Assembly: GCA_949358305.1 (NCBI GenBank)
Contig: OX442314.1
Coordinates: 33,046,001 to 33,110,000, forward strand
DNA: 64,000 bases
Reading direction: 5' to 3'
Source of the DNA: Strigamia acuminata
Taxonomy: Eukaryota
The position numbers and the translations under genes are program-made. Shown piece after piece: positions 35,930-48,500 of the stretch (positions are counted from its first letter, which is position 1; each line of letters begins with the position of its first letter). A model generated the notes under the pieces. It saw only the letters and a list, made by a program, of their open reading frames with translations. It was not told where the DNA came from and did no database searches.

Positions 35930-36310
35930 AAAAATGGCTGTATACAGTTTTTTGTTAAAAATTGGCTGTTTGCAGGTAAAAATTGGCTGTTTGCAGGTAA
36001 AAATTGGCTGTTTCGGTTAAAATAGGCTGTTTTCGCTCAAAAATAGGCTGTTTTCGCTCAAAAATAGGCTGTTTCCGCTCAAAAATTAGATTTTTCGGTC
36101 AAAAATGGGCTTTTTTCGGTCCCAATGGGCTGCTTTTGCTCAAAAATGGGCTGTTTTTGCTCAAAAATTGGATTTTTCGGTCAAAAATCGGATTTTTTAG
36201 TAAAAAGTTGACTGTTTTCTGTCAAAATTGGATTTTTTGGTCAAAAATTGACTGTTTGAGCAAGAAATTGGATTTTTTGGTCAAAAATTGACTATTTGAG
36301 CAAGAAATTG
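35930..36310. repeat. 21-bp minisatellite
   Basis: AAAATAGGCTGTTTTCGCTCA-like units. Confidence 0.8.
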
Positions 36311-36455
36311 AATGATTTTGGTTTTTTTTTTGTCAAAAATGCAGTCAGAAATGAGTACAGGATACTTAGCAACCACAATTTAAAAAAAAACCAACAAACT
36401 TATTGTTGCCATTAGCTACAATAACACCAAGCACGCATTGGTCACATTCCCAACA

Positions 36456-37148
36456 ATGGCGTTCAAGCTTCCAAACAGAGCGGATATTAGATCGGACGGA
36501 ACATGGAATGAGATGCTGGAATACCAATCAGGAATTGCCAGTAAGCTGAAAGTAGCGAGTGGTAGAAGAACGTCAAAAGCGAGCTACAATTACATTCGCA
36601 AATTTTCCAACGAATGGATCGCCAAAGACGTCAAACTGCGCAGGGAGATGGAATCCATAATATCCGAGCACAAAACCATTGTTAAAAGCCGCAAAAAAGC
36701 TCTCTGGAACTCCTGGCTTTACCACGTATCTGCACCTCTGAAGCAGCAACTCGACACGCACATGTCGACCAAATGCATGCTCAAAATGCGCAAAACCAGA
36801 CGGGATGCTTTTCAAAAATACATCGACTACTCGAACAACCCGAAAAATATTCTTCTCTTGGACCACACTCTGCCGGATTTGTACGACCCTTTTGAACTGC
36901 GCCGGAATCGTTGTTTTCAGGTGGTGACGGCGCCTTTGCACGAGCATTTTTTGATCGAGTGGTTGGACAAAGATAAAGAGAAGGAGTTTGTTGCCACGGA
37001 CTGGGCGTTTCGTAAAGATGAGAAGAAAATGTCGAAAAGAATGTGTAGAGCGAGTTGTTCGAGCGGAGGAGGTCGCGACAAAGCGAGGAACCGCAGGAAC
37101 GTTATTACCGGGGCCATTCGTGTGCCAAGTGATTGTGCTAATTGTTAA
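36456..37148 (+). CDS. FAM228-like protein, copy 2
   Basis: RKKALWNSWLYHVSAPL..FQKYIDYSNNP..PDLYDPFELRR. Confidence 0.65.
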   Translation: MAFKLPNRADIRSDGTWNEMLEYQSGIASKLKVASGRRTSKASYNYIRKFSNEWIAKDVKLRREMESIISEHKTIVKSRKKALWNSWLYHVSAPLKQQLDTHMSTKCMLKMRKTRRDAFQKYIDYSNNPKNILLLDHTLPDLYDPFELRRNRCFQVVTAPLHEHFLIEWLDKDKEKEFVATDWAFRKDEKKMSKRMCRASCSSGGGRDKARNRRNVITGAIRVPSDCANC

Positions 37149-37590
37149 TATATATTCAATGTTTAATCCCTTAAAACCGGACATCAGATGGGTCCATGAA
37201 TATCTGTCCGGTCTATTGGGCGTCTATTGTTGGAAAATTTTGAAAATGTCCGATTTTGAGGGACGTGTAGTGTCATTTTTATTTTTTTTTATTTTTTTTT
37301 AATAAAAGAATATATTATAAAAATTAAAATCATTTATTATTGAATAAAATAGTTATGGTAATTGATAAATGTAGAAATCTGAGAAAATATAATTGGAAAA
37401 CGACAGAAGAACTTTGGAAACACGTAAAATAAAATAAAAAAATTAAAATTAAAATTAAATAGATTAATTTTAAAATGACTTCGTATTTATTTGAAAAAAT
37501 TCATTTTAAAATTTAAATTGAGTGCGGAACTACTCAGACGTTACTGCGGAGCTATGCAAAAATCTCTTATTATTACACCACTAGTAAATA

Positions 37591-38202
37591 ATGGCGACGT
37601 TTATACGTGTAAGCTCGTCACACATATTCGGCAAAAAATGGACAAGCACGGACTATCAGACGGAGATAGACTCTATTCGAAACATGCGTCAAAGAAGATC
37701 TACCGAACAAAGTAATGTCCACAATCTGCTTCGCAAATTAGCCTCCGAATGGCTCACAGAAGATAAAGCATTGCGTGACGAAATGAAATGCTTAGTTTCC
37801 GATCAAGCGCGCTATTTGGCCGAGCGCAATCAACATGTTTGGAAATCCTGGGTTTGCCACGTGACCACGCCACTGGAGAACTCGATCCGTGAGCACATGA
37901 GACGTAAACACAATATGAATGCATCCAGGAGAAAGTTATACCAAAAATATCTCGATTTCACCAACAATCCGAAACAGATTGTTCGTTTGGATGATGAACA
38001 GGATAAATATGATGCTTTTAAACTAAATACAGCTGAAGAATCACAGGTGGTCACCTACGGTACCCGGCCTATTGTAATTAGCTGGATGGAGCTAGAAAAG
38101 GAAAGATTATTTCTGGATTGTGATTGGCCGCTTGGAAAGAACGAGGAAAAGACGACTAAATTCAAGAAAGCGTCAAGAGTGAATCGTGGAGAATATAATT
38201 GA
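37591..38202 (+). CDS. FAM228-like protein, copy 3
   Basis: WKSWVCHVTTPL..LYQKYLDFTNNP..KYDAF. Confidence 0.65.
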   Translation: MATFIRVSSSHIFGKKWTSTDYQTEIDSIRNMRQRRSTEQSNVHNLLRKLASEWLTEDKALRDEMKCLVSDQARYLAERNQHVWKSWVCHVTTPLENSIREHMRRKHNMNASRRKLYQKYLDFTNNPKQIVRLDDEQDKYDAFKLNTAEESQVVTYGTRPIVISWMELEKERLFLDCDWPLGKNEEKTTKFKKASRVNRGEYN

Positions 38203-38792
38203 TAACGTGAGCGTTCTGTCAGTGGATGTTGTCGTTGCTTTGATTATACTTTGGTATTTGGACTTACAAATCTCTGATACTTTGGCAAAAGTGTACATTT
38301 ATGAAGCTCAGTGTTTATTGCAATGGGAAATAAATTGAACAGAATAATATAAAAAAAATTAGCAGGAATGTTTCTAGTTTGGAAATTGTTTTGTTTTATT
38401 TTATTTTATTTACAATTTTCCCAGTTAATATTTTTAGGGTTCTTTTTCTTTTGGCTTAAGATAATTTTCGGGTTTGAATACACAATTTCAATCGCGCTAC
38501 AAAATATTCAGTGGTGGCGGTTTTTGAAAATCGCCACCACTGAATATCCCCAGCCTTACCGCCATTTCCCTCTTTATTGGGTCCGTATTGATTATCTAGT
38601 CACTATTTTGTACAACATATAATATTACTGGCATATTTTTATTTTATCTTTTTTTTATTTGATAAATTTCTATCGATCTATTAACGGAATACAATATTTA
38701 TGTGTGAAATTGTTGATTTGTTATTACCTAGATTTTTTTTATTGCTGCCAATTATTGGGTCTTTGCTGCACAAATTCTACATAATTTTGATG

Positions 38793-38921
38793 CTGTAAGA
38801 CTGCATTCAAATCAATTGAGTGTAACATTTACCAAATACAATTACAATTTCTTAATTATTAAGAAATTGTACTTTTATTTGGTAAATGTTACACTCGATT
38901 GATTTGAATGTAGTTTTACAG
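38793..38921. repeat. Near-perfect palindrome, 64-bp arms
   Basis: CTGTAAGACTGC...TTCTTAAT-T-ATTAAGAA...GTAGTTTTACAG; five differences between arms. Confidence 0.85.
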
Positions 38922-39579
38922 TACCAATATTAAGAAATTATAATTTTATTTGGTAAATGTTACACTCGATTGGTTTGAATATAGTTTTGCTGATTTTTTT
39001 TTCTGATTTGTCTCCTTTTTAAAAAGAAAACATGTAACTTAAGATGACTAAGATAAGTTGGATAGTACTAATTTGATGGTGCTCTACAACTTTGTAATTG
39101 ACTTTTTTGCTCTAACCTGATTGGTTTAGAAGTTAGCAAGTGAATGACCTTCAAAATGGCCTTTAAGGTCAAATTTGATGACATCATTGGATTGCTCTCA
39201 CCCAACTTCCTACACAATCGCTTCATCAAAATTGACTTACATTGTGTATAGCTCTGAATGTGTATAATGGTGTTAGACGTTCGTTTGGGCCCGGAAATAA
39301 TTTTCAGGGTCAGGAAATATTTCTAAGAATTCTTCAACGCTGAATATGTATATGTACACTGCAATATATGCAATAAATGCATATTTTAGATATATGAAAT
39401 ATAATATGTTGACAGTCGCGGCAATCACGAATCGATCTGCAGTAGTAACATCATTTCTGTCTTGATGCATGGATGCAATCATACAATTTAAAGCATCAAT
39501 ATAAAAGCCTTTTACCAAAAACTTGTAAAGAATTGTAAATATAAAGTTGTACATGGCGGTTTCTGTTTGACAACCAGAT

Positions 39580-39750
39580 AAGAACTCCACAACTTGGGTG
39601 GGAAAAGGGGTGCAGACCGTAACCCATTTTGCTGCACTTTACCAAAAACATAATTTTTTTCCCACCATTGCAACAAACCTCTTGTACCTGCACCAAACTG
39701 GGGTTTCAATTGCTGGTACGTCTGCTTAATTTTGTTTGCTGGCAGCAACG
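39580..39750 (-). pseudogene. Mutator-like (MULE) transposase fragment
   Basis: LP..I...Y..L....LLQWWEKNYVFG......PLFPPKLW matches the C-terminal MULE transposase pattern. Confidence 0.55.
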
Positions 39751-39915
39751 ACAGAGCCGAGAGCTGTCCACGAGCATATCACCAGTGCACGTCGGTACGA
39801 CGTCGTCTGGAAAACCGTCACGTTACCAAAACGTATATCTTGCGATATATAAGGCGATACAACATTGTATTTACTTTCATATCGTTTCAATTCGAATCAA
39901 ATCTAACAACTCACG

Positions 39916-41922
39916 ATGCAATTCGTTTTGGACGTGCCGAGTCTCCAACAAATGTTATTCATTAAAACCGCAGTTGCTTTGTGGAAGCACCACCCGATCG
40001 CGTGAGAAGAAACAATGCTATGCGGGAAACAATGGTTAGAAGTCGAAAACGGTGTTTGCGAGCAAATAGATGACTTGATTATTCCTGTAGTATTTAAACC
40101 TCAGTTACGCGCAATGATCGAACATGTTGGCAGGGAACTGCGCGAATGGTTCAAACAGTTAAGGACACGCGTTTTCGATGGTCTTTCGGAACCGTTGATG
40201 AAATCTCTGACGGAATGCACGCAATGGACGATGCACGGGAAATTAAACGCAACGGAAACAGCGCGAGTTCTTTCGAGATTAGAAAGTTTGACGATCAAAG
40301 CCCGATTCGACATTGCCTGCATGTTTGCCATCGCGGACGAAGTCGAGCATCTCTGGAAAGCATTTACCGACTCTGACGAGGAAAAGACACCGGTGCAAAG
40401 TTCGATGTATAACTTTTGGAAAACCGTTTCATTCAATGTCGATTCACCTCAAATTACCGACGACATGAAATCCGAAGTGTTTTTAAAGAGCGTTGACGAA
40501 CGAAACCAAAGTGCAGTCGAATATCTATGGTCGATAATGCGCGAGAGTGAACGAACTGCATTGGTCGCCAAACTTGCGTGGGAAGGAAGCGAATTTGAGC
40601 GGTTTGTCGAGCTGATAATAGGCGATTACATGTTCAATAACGGTGAAGGATCTAGTGGAATCGGCATCATGTGTTTTCTGCTTTCACAGATGACTAAAAA
40701 ACAAGTGAGCGCCATGATAGAGTCGCCATTCGGACATAATCTTTGTTTATCATTGGCTTTCGACGTTATGACCGTGGATTTGTTTATGCCATGTGTACGT
40801 CAGATTTTGAATACAATTTCCGGTTATTTCTTCTATGAATTAATTCTGGGCCTGAGTGAAGCGTCTGAGCTGACTATTTGCTTCCATTTACGTAGGATTG
40901 AGCGATGTTTTACACATTTATGGTCGGAAGCTCCGTCCTATCTCAGGAGTTACGTCAAGGGTCATAAATTAGTGTTGGTTGTAACTAAATTGGTCATGTA
41001 CGAGGATTCAGTTAATTTAAATTTGCTGCTCAACGGTTTGGACATTGAACAAAGGAGGAGAGTCTTGTCCAAGTGTCTGAGCTTGCTTCTTGCGGAGGAG
41101 TATTCGTTGAATTGGGATTTCGTCGAGAGCGTGGCCAAGAAGTACATCACTACGAGCGAGGAAATGACGACTTTTAAAAAGAGTTGTTGTAAGATGGCTT
41201 ATGCAGTTTGTAGCGCTTTAAGCGTGAGCAAAAGTAAGTGGCTAATGGTTGAACAATTTCTAAGTTTTTGTTTTGGTAATAACGAAACGAACAAAGACAA
41301 GTTCGTGACAGGTTTTGGGCTTTATTATTACACGAGAGATGTCCCGAATCAACCAAGCTTCATGGATCAACTGCTTTGGCCAAAACTGCAAAGTTACTTC
41401 TTTGCGGAGAACGAAAATGAACAATTGTCTGCAATGACATGTCGCACGTATTTGTTATCCAAGGATTTGACGAATGTAGATTTTCTGTTTACGGCGAAGA
41501 CAGTGGTAGAGATAAGACGAATTTTATCTTTTAGTTTTGCTCAAGTCGTTAGTTTGATTGGTAGCTCGGAGACATTAGATTTTATCGAAGAAGTTGCGAC
41601 AAAGTATATTACGATGGAAGAAGAATTGGATTCTTTTAAGGAATTTTGCTCTCGTTTTGCGTACCAAGTTTGCGTTGGTATTTATGATGTTGGAGATGAA
41701 GATGAGCGGCCATTGATAGACAACTATTTGGATTTTTGTTTTAAAAATCCTCGGGAGCTTAGCGAATTTAAAAGTACTTTGGCGTTTGATTTTTTCGCAC
41801 GGACCGATTTTTCTGACGACGATGTCGATTACGATGACGAATTGGTTCACGAGATGCTCACTTGGTGCGGCTTCTCCGCTGATGAAATCACGGATTTTCT
41901 TGCTACTTATGCGACAAGATGA
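39916..41922 (+). pseudogene. Paralogue 2 of the BC-box-like family; nonsense codon at codon 30, then a 635-aa ORF from ATG 40015
   Basis: MQFVLDVPSLQQM..HPIA then TGA 40003-40005 where paralogue 1 has TGG; the rest is uninterrupted. Confidence 0.75.
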
Positions 41923-42517
41923 ATCGTACGATGAAATATCAAAATTAGGAAAAAATAAGAAAGAGGACAACTATACACAGACGGTGAATCCTTTCAAAGT
42001 TTGCGAGTCGCTAAAACAGTTTGTAAAGAAATAGTAAAGGTGATGGAAAAGTTTATTTTTTTAAAAAAATGATTTGATTGAATTTAATTTGATGTAAATT
42101 TTTTTTATCAAATTTTTGAAAAATTTGCATTTTGCAATTAAAACACCTGCGCGGCTATGAGGGGATTTACAGTAGTTATTTGGGTTTATCTGTCACGAAC
42201 TCAACATGATTAAACATTGTGGAAAGTTTAAGAAAATTACTTGAATTTTGACCCTGAACTTGAACTTGACTAGCAACAGTTTTGTCTTCAAGAGTAGAGT
42301 CAATTCAAAAGTCTTCAGAGTTTACTCCACCATTGACTATTCTGGCTGCAAATGCGCTAAAGTTTTCTCCCTTTCGTTGTTCAGTCTTGTAAAATTTCTC
42401 TATTTGAGTGCCACGAAGTAACTTTTGAAACTCTGTGACTGGTATGGTCTTTGCCAAGGTAACCTGGAGATGCTGATATCCAGTCACAGTGTCACCGGTC
42501 ACCGTGTCCACATTGGC

Positions 42518-42776
42518 ACTGAAAAGTTTTGAGAAAAAAAGGTCTGAAACATTAGATTACTCAGCATTGTAACTCAGCTTTGTAACCTAAAACTATTGAG
42601 GCAACCAAGCTAATCCTCAATTAGGACCATTTATTGGGTCATACTTGTAAGTGAAGAGAGAAAACACAAAAGAAAGGAAAAAATTTATTTTGGAAATACA
42701 TTCCAACATGATAGTTTTAGGTTACAAAGCTGAGTAGACAAACATTTCAAACCTTTTTTTCTCAAAACCTTTCAGT
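42518..42776. repeat. MITE-like inverted repeat
   Basis: ACTGAAAAGTTTTGAGAAAAAAAGG..CTCAGCTTTGTAACCTAAAACTAT versus ATAGTTTTAGGTTACAAAGCTGAG..CCTTTTTTTCTCAAAACCTTTCAGT. Confidence 0.55.
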
Positions 42777-42799
42777 AAGAGATAATTTTTTTAAGAACA

Positions 42800-43017
42800 G
42801 TTCTAGACTAATTGGATGGTGCTCTACAACTTTCTAATTCACTTTTTTGCTCTAACTGTCACGGTTCTCGAGTTACAATATGGATGACCTTGAAGATGAC
42901 CTCAGAGGTCAAATTGGATGTCATAATTGGATTTCCCCCGACATACTATACCCTTACAATCATCATCTGAAACGTGGAAATTATTTACTGTGAACCAGAC
43001 TTTCTGCACCACCCTGT
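42800..43017. mobile_element. End of a non-autonomous Tc1/mariner-like element; related fragment at about 39060-39200
   Basis: Terminates CACCCTG|TA; shares GATGGTGCTCTACAACTTT..AGGTCAAATT with the 39075 region. Confidence 0.5.
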
Positions 43018-43265
43018 ATAGAGAATGCAAAGAAATAAAATAAAAAATTGTGCTTACGTGGCTCGTTCCTCCGTTTATCGCTTAAACCGTCCTGGAAATA
43101 ATTTGTTATCGTGGGGTTTCAACAGTTTTCAACCGAGCCTAAACACGGTAAGTTGGTTTTGTTGGAGTTTTTTTATGAACGTTTTCGAGAGTATTCGATT
43201 TGAGCGGGATACGAAGATATGTCGCACATGCGCAATGATTCTCCATAGCTGAAGAAGAAGCTCGT
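43018..43265 (-). repeat. Duplicate of the upstream/5' UTR region of the TFIIB-like gene (about 51605-51873)
   Basis: Near-identical TATAGAGAATGCAAAGAAATAAAATAAAA...CATAGCTGAAGAAGAAGCTCGT. Confidence 0.85.
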
Positions 43266-44490
43266 TGTTATATACGAGTAGTTACTTTGGTTTGTCGGTT
43301 CGTTGTTGCGGCGATTTATTCGTGCTCGCCGCTTTTGTTCATTTGTTTTCATGTTTTATGCTCGAGTCTTGATGAAAATGGTTTGAATTACGATTTAATT
43401 TCGTGTCACTATCTCGAGTGTGTTTCGGTATTTATTAATTACGGATTTTTTCTCCTTGTTCTTTCATCGCCAGCCATTTGAATTGCATCATGATATCGTA
43501 GTCGCCATTTTGTACAACTTGTATTATTATTATTACCGGTAAATCTTGTTTTGGGAACACAATATGAATTTGTGAAATCATTTATTTTCAATTTTTTTGT
43601 TGTTGCCAATTTTTGGGTCGTTGCTGCACGAATTCCGCTCTAGATTCCATGTTATCACTTCTTTTGGGGCTTTCTATTCCTCTTTTTCGCTTTCTTAATT
43701 TAGACTACTGTAAGACTGCACTCAAATGAAATGAGTGTAGCATTTACCAAACAGAATAGTGTTTACATGATTTTGGTATGGAAAGACTGCATTCAAATCA
43801 AATGGCGCCGACGCATTGAAATATAATGAACACAATGCAGTGCAGCTCGCCAATGGAAACAATTTGGAACATGGTGCATATGTTGTGAGAGTGGATAGAT
43901 ACAACATGGCAAGTGAAGAAAGTTTATGCCAACTTGTGATTAAATTCCAACATAAATTATCTGCTGGAATTTATTAAGATCCTGAACAGTCTTAAAGCAG
44001 TCTATTTCCACCTGTCTGTGTAAAATTAACATTTATTCAATAAAATTCAAAGATATAAACTTTAAAATCACATGTAAAATCAAGAGAGTTGAAAGGGGGA
44101 AATTTGCGCAAATGTAACGGTAACGATAACGTAGGTATAAAAAATGTAACGATAACGGTTGGTAACTAGTCACTTTTTTTTGCCAAGTAACGGTAACTAG
44201 TTACCAAATTCCAGTAACACTGATAATTAATTATAACAAGAACGTTCTGCCAGTTGTCGTTGCGCTTTGATTTTAAGAATTCACCGCTGATACTTTGGTA
44301 TTTGAAGCTCTTTTGGATGTGTTTGGATTTGGACATACAAAGGCAGAAAATATCAAATACTTTAGCAAAAGTGTACACTTTTGAAGCCCAGTGTTTATTG
44401 CAATGGGAAATACATTGAACAGAATAATACAAAAAAAATTAGCAGGAATGTTTATACCTGTAGTTTGGAAATTGTTTTGTTTCATTTTAT

Positions 44491-45159
44491 TTACAATTTT
44501 TGCATTTTTCCCAGCAGCCTTCTATTCTCCAGTTCTGCTTCGTTTCTTAAAAGTTTATATTTTACGCTGTTGTCGTAGTGTTCTTTTGGCGTAAGATAGT
44601 TTTCGTGGTTTTTCACATACTGTTGTAATTTTGGCAAAACCATATCGTACGCTTCGATGATTTCTAACGTCTTGTGAGCGCCTGTGATGACTATTTTACC
44701 TGATTCAAACGCCAAAATTACAACACAAGGTTTCCGCAATCGATAAGCTAAGCCACAAAATGTTTCTGGTTGGTAACTAATCTCCGCGAGGTCGCCAGTA
44801 GGTGTCTCACATGGGGGATACAACTGTAATATCTCTAACTTAATTTTTCCTTTGAGATCAGCACTTGCCACTATATTTTGGATTTGGAATTTGCAAAGTT
44901 TCACTTCATATCCTATTCTTTGAACAATTCTCGCGAATCTTTTCACGGCAGTTCGCGCCAGCTCTTCAGTTTTTGCACCAATACAGACGAGTTTACCAGT
45001 ACTAAAAATAAGTGCTGTAGTTTTTGGTTTTCGGATACGCATTACTACGGCCGGAAATCTTTTTTGGTTGTACTCGCAGTTTCGTGCCTTCATAGTGACC
45101 TTTTCTAAATCTAATTTGCAATTCATCTGTGCTGTGGCCACAATATATTGAATGTACAC
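44491..45159 (-). CDS. TBP: Divergent TATA-binding-protein-like core with C-terminal extension; no ATG before the first strand (possible 3' exon of a TFIIB-TBP fusion)
   Basis: CKLDL..ARNCEYNQKRFPAVVMRIRKPKTTALIFSTGKLVCIGAK, IQNIVAS, SYQPETFCGLAYR..AFESGKIVITGA. Confidence 0.93.
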   Translation of the reverse strand: MYIQYIVATAQMNCKLDLEKVTMKARNCEYNQKRFPAVVMRIRKPKTTALIFSTGKLVCIGAKTEELARTAVKRFARIVQRIGYEVKLCKFQIQNIVASADLKGKIKLEILQLYPPCETPTGDLAEISYQPETFCGLAYRLRKPCVVILAFESGKIVITGAHKTLEIIEAYDMVLPKLQQYVKNHENYLTPKEHYDNSVKYKLLRNEAELENRRLLGKMQKL

Positions 45160-45538
45160 CCAAATCAAAAATGTGAGATGATATAATGCAGTCAGAACTA
45201 GTTAGTGTTTGTTACGACACTAGAGCGCAGTGTCTGTTGTTTGTTTCGTTACTAAGTGACTACGCATTCTGTCGTCTGCTTGTAATGGTTTACACGCTTT
45301 GATTAAATCTGTTCATTTATCAAAACACGAATGTAAGATCCAAATACATTTCACAAGTGGTAGCAGAGTACGGTTGATTTGTAGCATTTGTGGGCGAGTT
45401 TTGAGTGAAAATTAATCGATGGCGAGCGCAGACAGAAGAGTGTAAAGCGCGTGACCGTGAGTACGATAATTGGCTCAAACCTGTTCTTTCCTTGCCGAGC
45501 GTGCCAACTGGACGTTGATAAGTCGATAAAACGACAAG

Positions 45539-48500
45539 ATGGCGGAGGAACCGAAAGGGGCGAATGCCAACCGAATACCATTGCTGGATGAAACGAATTA
45601 CGTGATATGGAGTACGTTGATGGAGGCAGTGCTGGATTCCAAAGGTCTGTGGGAGCCGGTCATCAGGAAGGACGAACCGAATGCACAACCTGCGGCGGCG
45701 TGGCAGAAATGGAAGAGACATAATGCCACTGCACTGAGCCTCATCATGACGACGCTGTCACCTGACCAGGTGGGACTACACGTTGGTACAAAGAAAGCCA
45801 AGGTGTTATGGAACGACCTGGCATTGCACCACGGAGGAAACGTGCAGCACAGACAGGTGGACATAGGTCACGAGCTAACCAGCGCCAAAATGGGCCGGAA
45901 TGAGCTGGTGGGAGAGTACATCAACAGAATCGTCGCCATAAGCAAGAGGTCAGCGGCGGCGGGGCGACCGATAGCCGAGAGTGAGGTGATGTACTATTTG
46001 GTACACGGACTGACCAACAAATATTCGAGCATCGCTGAGACTTTTCAAGCGCAAAGAGACATGCGACTAGTCGACTTGAGACGCACACTGGAGGTGCGAG
46101 AGCGATGGGCAACGGATAAAGCAAAAGACGGACCCGTATTTAATGAAGAGGAAGCCTACAAGGCACGTGCGCGCGGTGGCAAACGCGACAAGATCGTTAA
46201 ATGCTACGAGTGTGGAAAAATGGGCCACTTTGCCAGGGATTGCCGAAGTAAACGTACGGGAGATGCTACTTCGAGCGCCAGTAACACCAAGGGAAACGGT
46301 GGATGTTACAACTGCGGAAAGCCGGGACACTTCGCACGCAATTGCAAGAATAAAGCGACGGGTGGACATGACGCTCAACGGGGACGCAATACGGCGAATT
46401 ACGCCAAACAGGAGGAGCGAAAAGAGGAACAAGGGGAACTTTTTTACGCACGAACGGATAGGACCTACGCTTTTCATACAAAGCATTCGACCAATTCGCT
46501 GGGGCCACAGGAATGGTTGTTGGACTCTGGCGCGACTGTTCACATGACATCGCATCGGGAATTTCTGACAAACTTCGAGCACGAGGAAGGAGTAGTGCAC
46601 CTTGCCGAGGACCAAGTGTCGAGCAAGTCGACAGGAAAGGGCATGGTCACACTTTGGAGTAAATTGCCAACGGGGAACGTGAAATTGGAAATGGGGAATG
46701 TTGTACATGTTCCAAAGTTGCGGGAAAATTTGGTTTCTGTATACGAATTAGCGCAACGAGGATTCAAAGTGATTTTTGATGACACACGGGCAATTGTGAC
46801 GAACAAGCAAAACATGATTCTGGCCACGGCACAGAAAAGAGACCGGATGTACGTTTTGGATGCGATAACGTGCGTGCACAGCGAGGAAGTCGACGCATAT
46901 GTTGTCAAAGAAGCACCGACGTCTCACAATCAAACCAATGACGAGCCAAAAAGACTAGAAAGAGTTTTATGGCACAGACGTTTGGGACACGCAAGCAACC
47001 AAAAGCTTGAGCAGGTACGAGACGGAAAACTCGTTTTGGGGGTGAATTTTGGGCCAGAAAAATTACCGCCATGCAGGGCATGCGTTGAGGGGCGGCAACC
47101 CAGAAAGGCGTTTAAGCGCATAACGGGACCGACAACAAAACGCCCTTTGGAGCTATGGTACGTAGATTTATGTGGGCCATTAGCATGGGGATATGATGGC
47201 AGTTATTACGCTTTGGTGATTGTCGATGATTTCACCAAATACGTGTATTTTTCTGCAATTCGGGAGAAAAGTGATGCTTTTGAAGAGATTGAAAAGCACA
47301 GAGCTAGAGAGGAAAGGTCGACAGGACTAAAATTGCAAAGAATAAGGACGGATAATGGCGGAGAATTCGTCAATGAACGATCGAAAGAGATTTATCTTAA
47401 ATGTGGAATTAAGCACGAGAAGACAGTGCCATTCTCACCGAAGAGCAACGGAGTCGTCGAAAGATATAATCGGACCATTGTTGAAAAGACAAGAACAATG
47501 CTCAAGTGGTCACTTTTACCAGACGGTTTTTGGCCGGAAGCGATGGCGACAGCCGTGTATATAATCAACCGAATTCCGACTTCTGCCAATCCGAAGACGA
47601 CGCCATATGAGGCGAGATATAACAGGAAGCCATCCGGGATGCACTTACGCGTTTTTGGATGCGCAGCGTACAGGCACATACCCAAACATATGCGAAAGAA
47701 ATTGGACCCAGTCTCCAAACCGGGTATCGTAGTGTAAGAAGGGATAGTGGTCTCACTCCGTCAGTTCCCTGATTCGCCACGGTGGCGCTGCTTTACACAG
47801 ACAGACTACTACAGCATAGAAATGCATGCTGAACTAGGTCAAAACCACTCATTTTGATTGTTTTAAGCATCAGTAGTAAAAATAATTTAAAAAATAATTT
47901 AAAAATAAAATAATATAAATAATAAAATAATAAAAATAAAAAAATAATTAAAAAAATTTTTTTTAAATTAATTTTATTCATTTTTTTACCAAATTAATGT
48001 TTGGTCGTCTAAAATATGTGTGCAATAATTATTTTTATTTCTGATGCTTAAAACAATCAAAATGAGTGGTTTTGACCTAGTTCAGCATGCATTTCTATGC
48101 TGTAGTAGTCTGTCTGTGTAAAGCAGCGCCACCGTGGCGAATCAGGGAACTGACGGAGTGAGACCACTATCCCTTCTTACACTATGCCGGGTATTATGGT
48201 TGGTTACTCCATGTGTCGGCAGGCTTACCGAATTTTTGACGAAAATGAAAACCGAATAATCGAAACTCGAGACGTGTATTTTATTGAAGATGCTAGGACC
48301 GCCGAAATACAGAAAGAATCGAAAAAACTGATGACTGAAGACAGCGCGGACAATCAAGTCGTTTTTCCGATTTTAAGTGGGGGGAAGAGTGATAATGAGG
48401 ATCATGAGCAATCAAGTGATGATGACGACAACGAGAAACAAGAAGAAGAAAACGAAGTATGGGAAACCGCTGATGAGGATGAGGACTCACCTGATGAGAT

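Noticed and set aside
42305..42511. Gag-like Q..GE..SAFAARI motif on the minus strand
   Set aside because: Too short and isolated to call.
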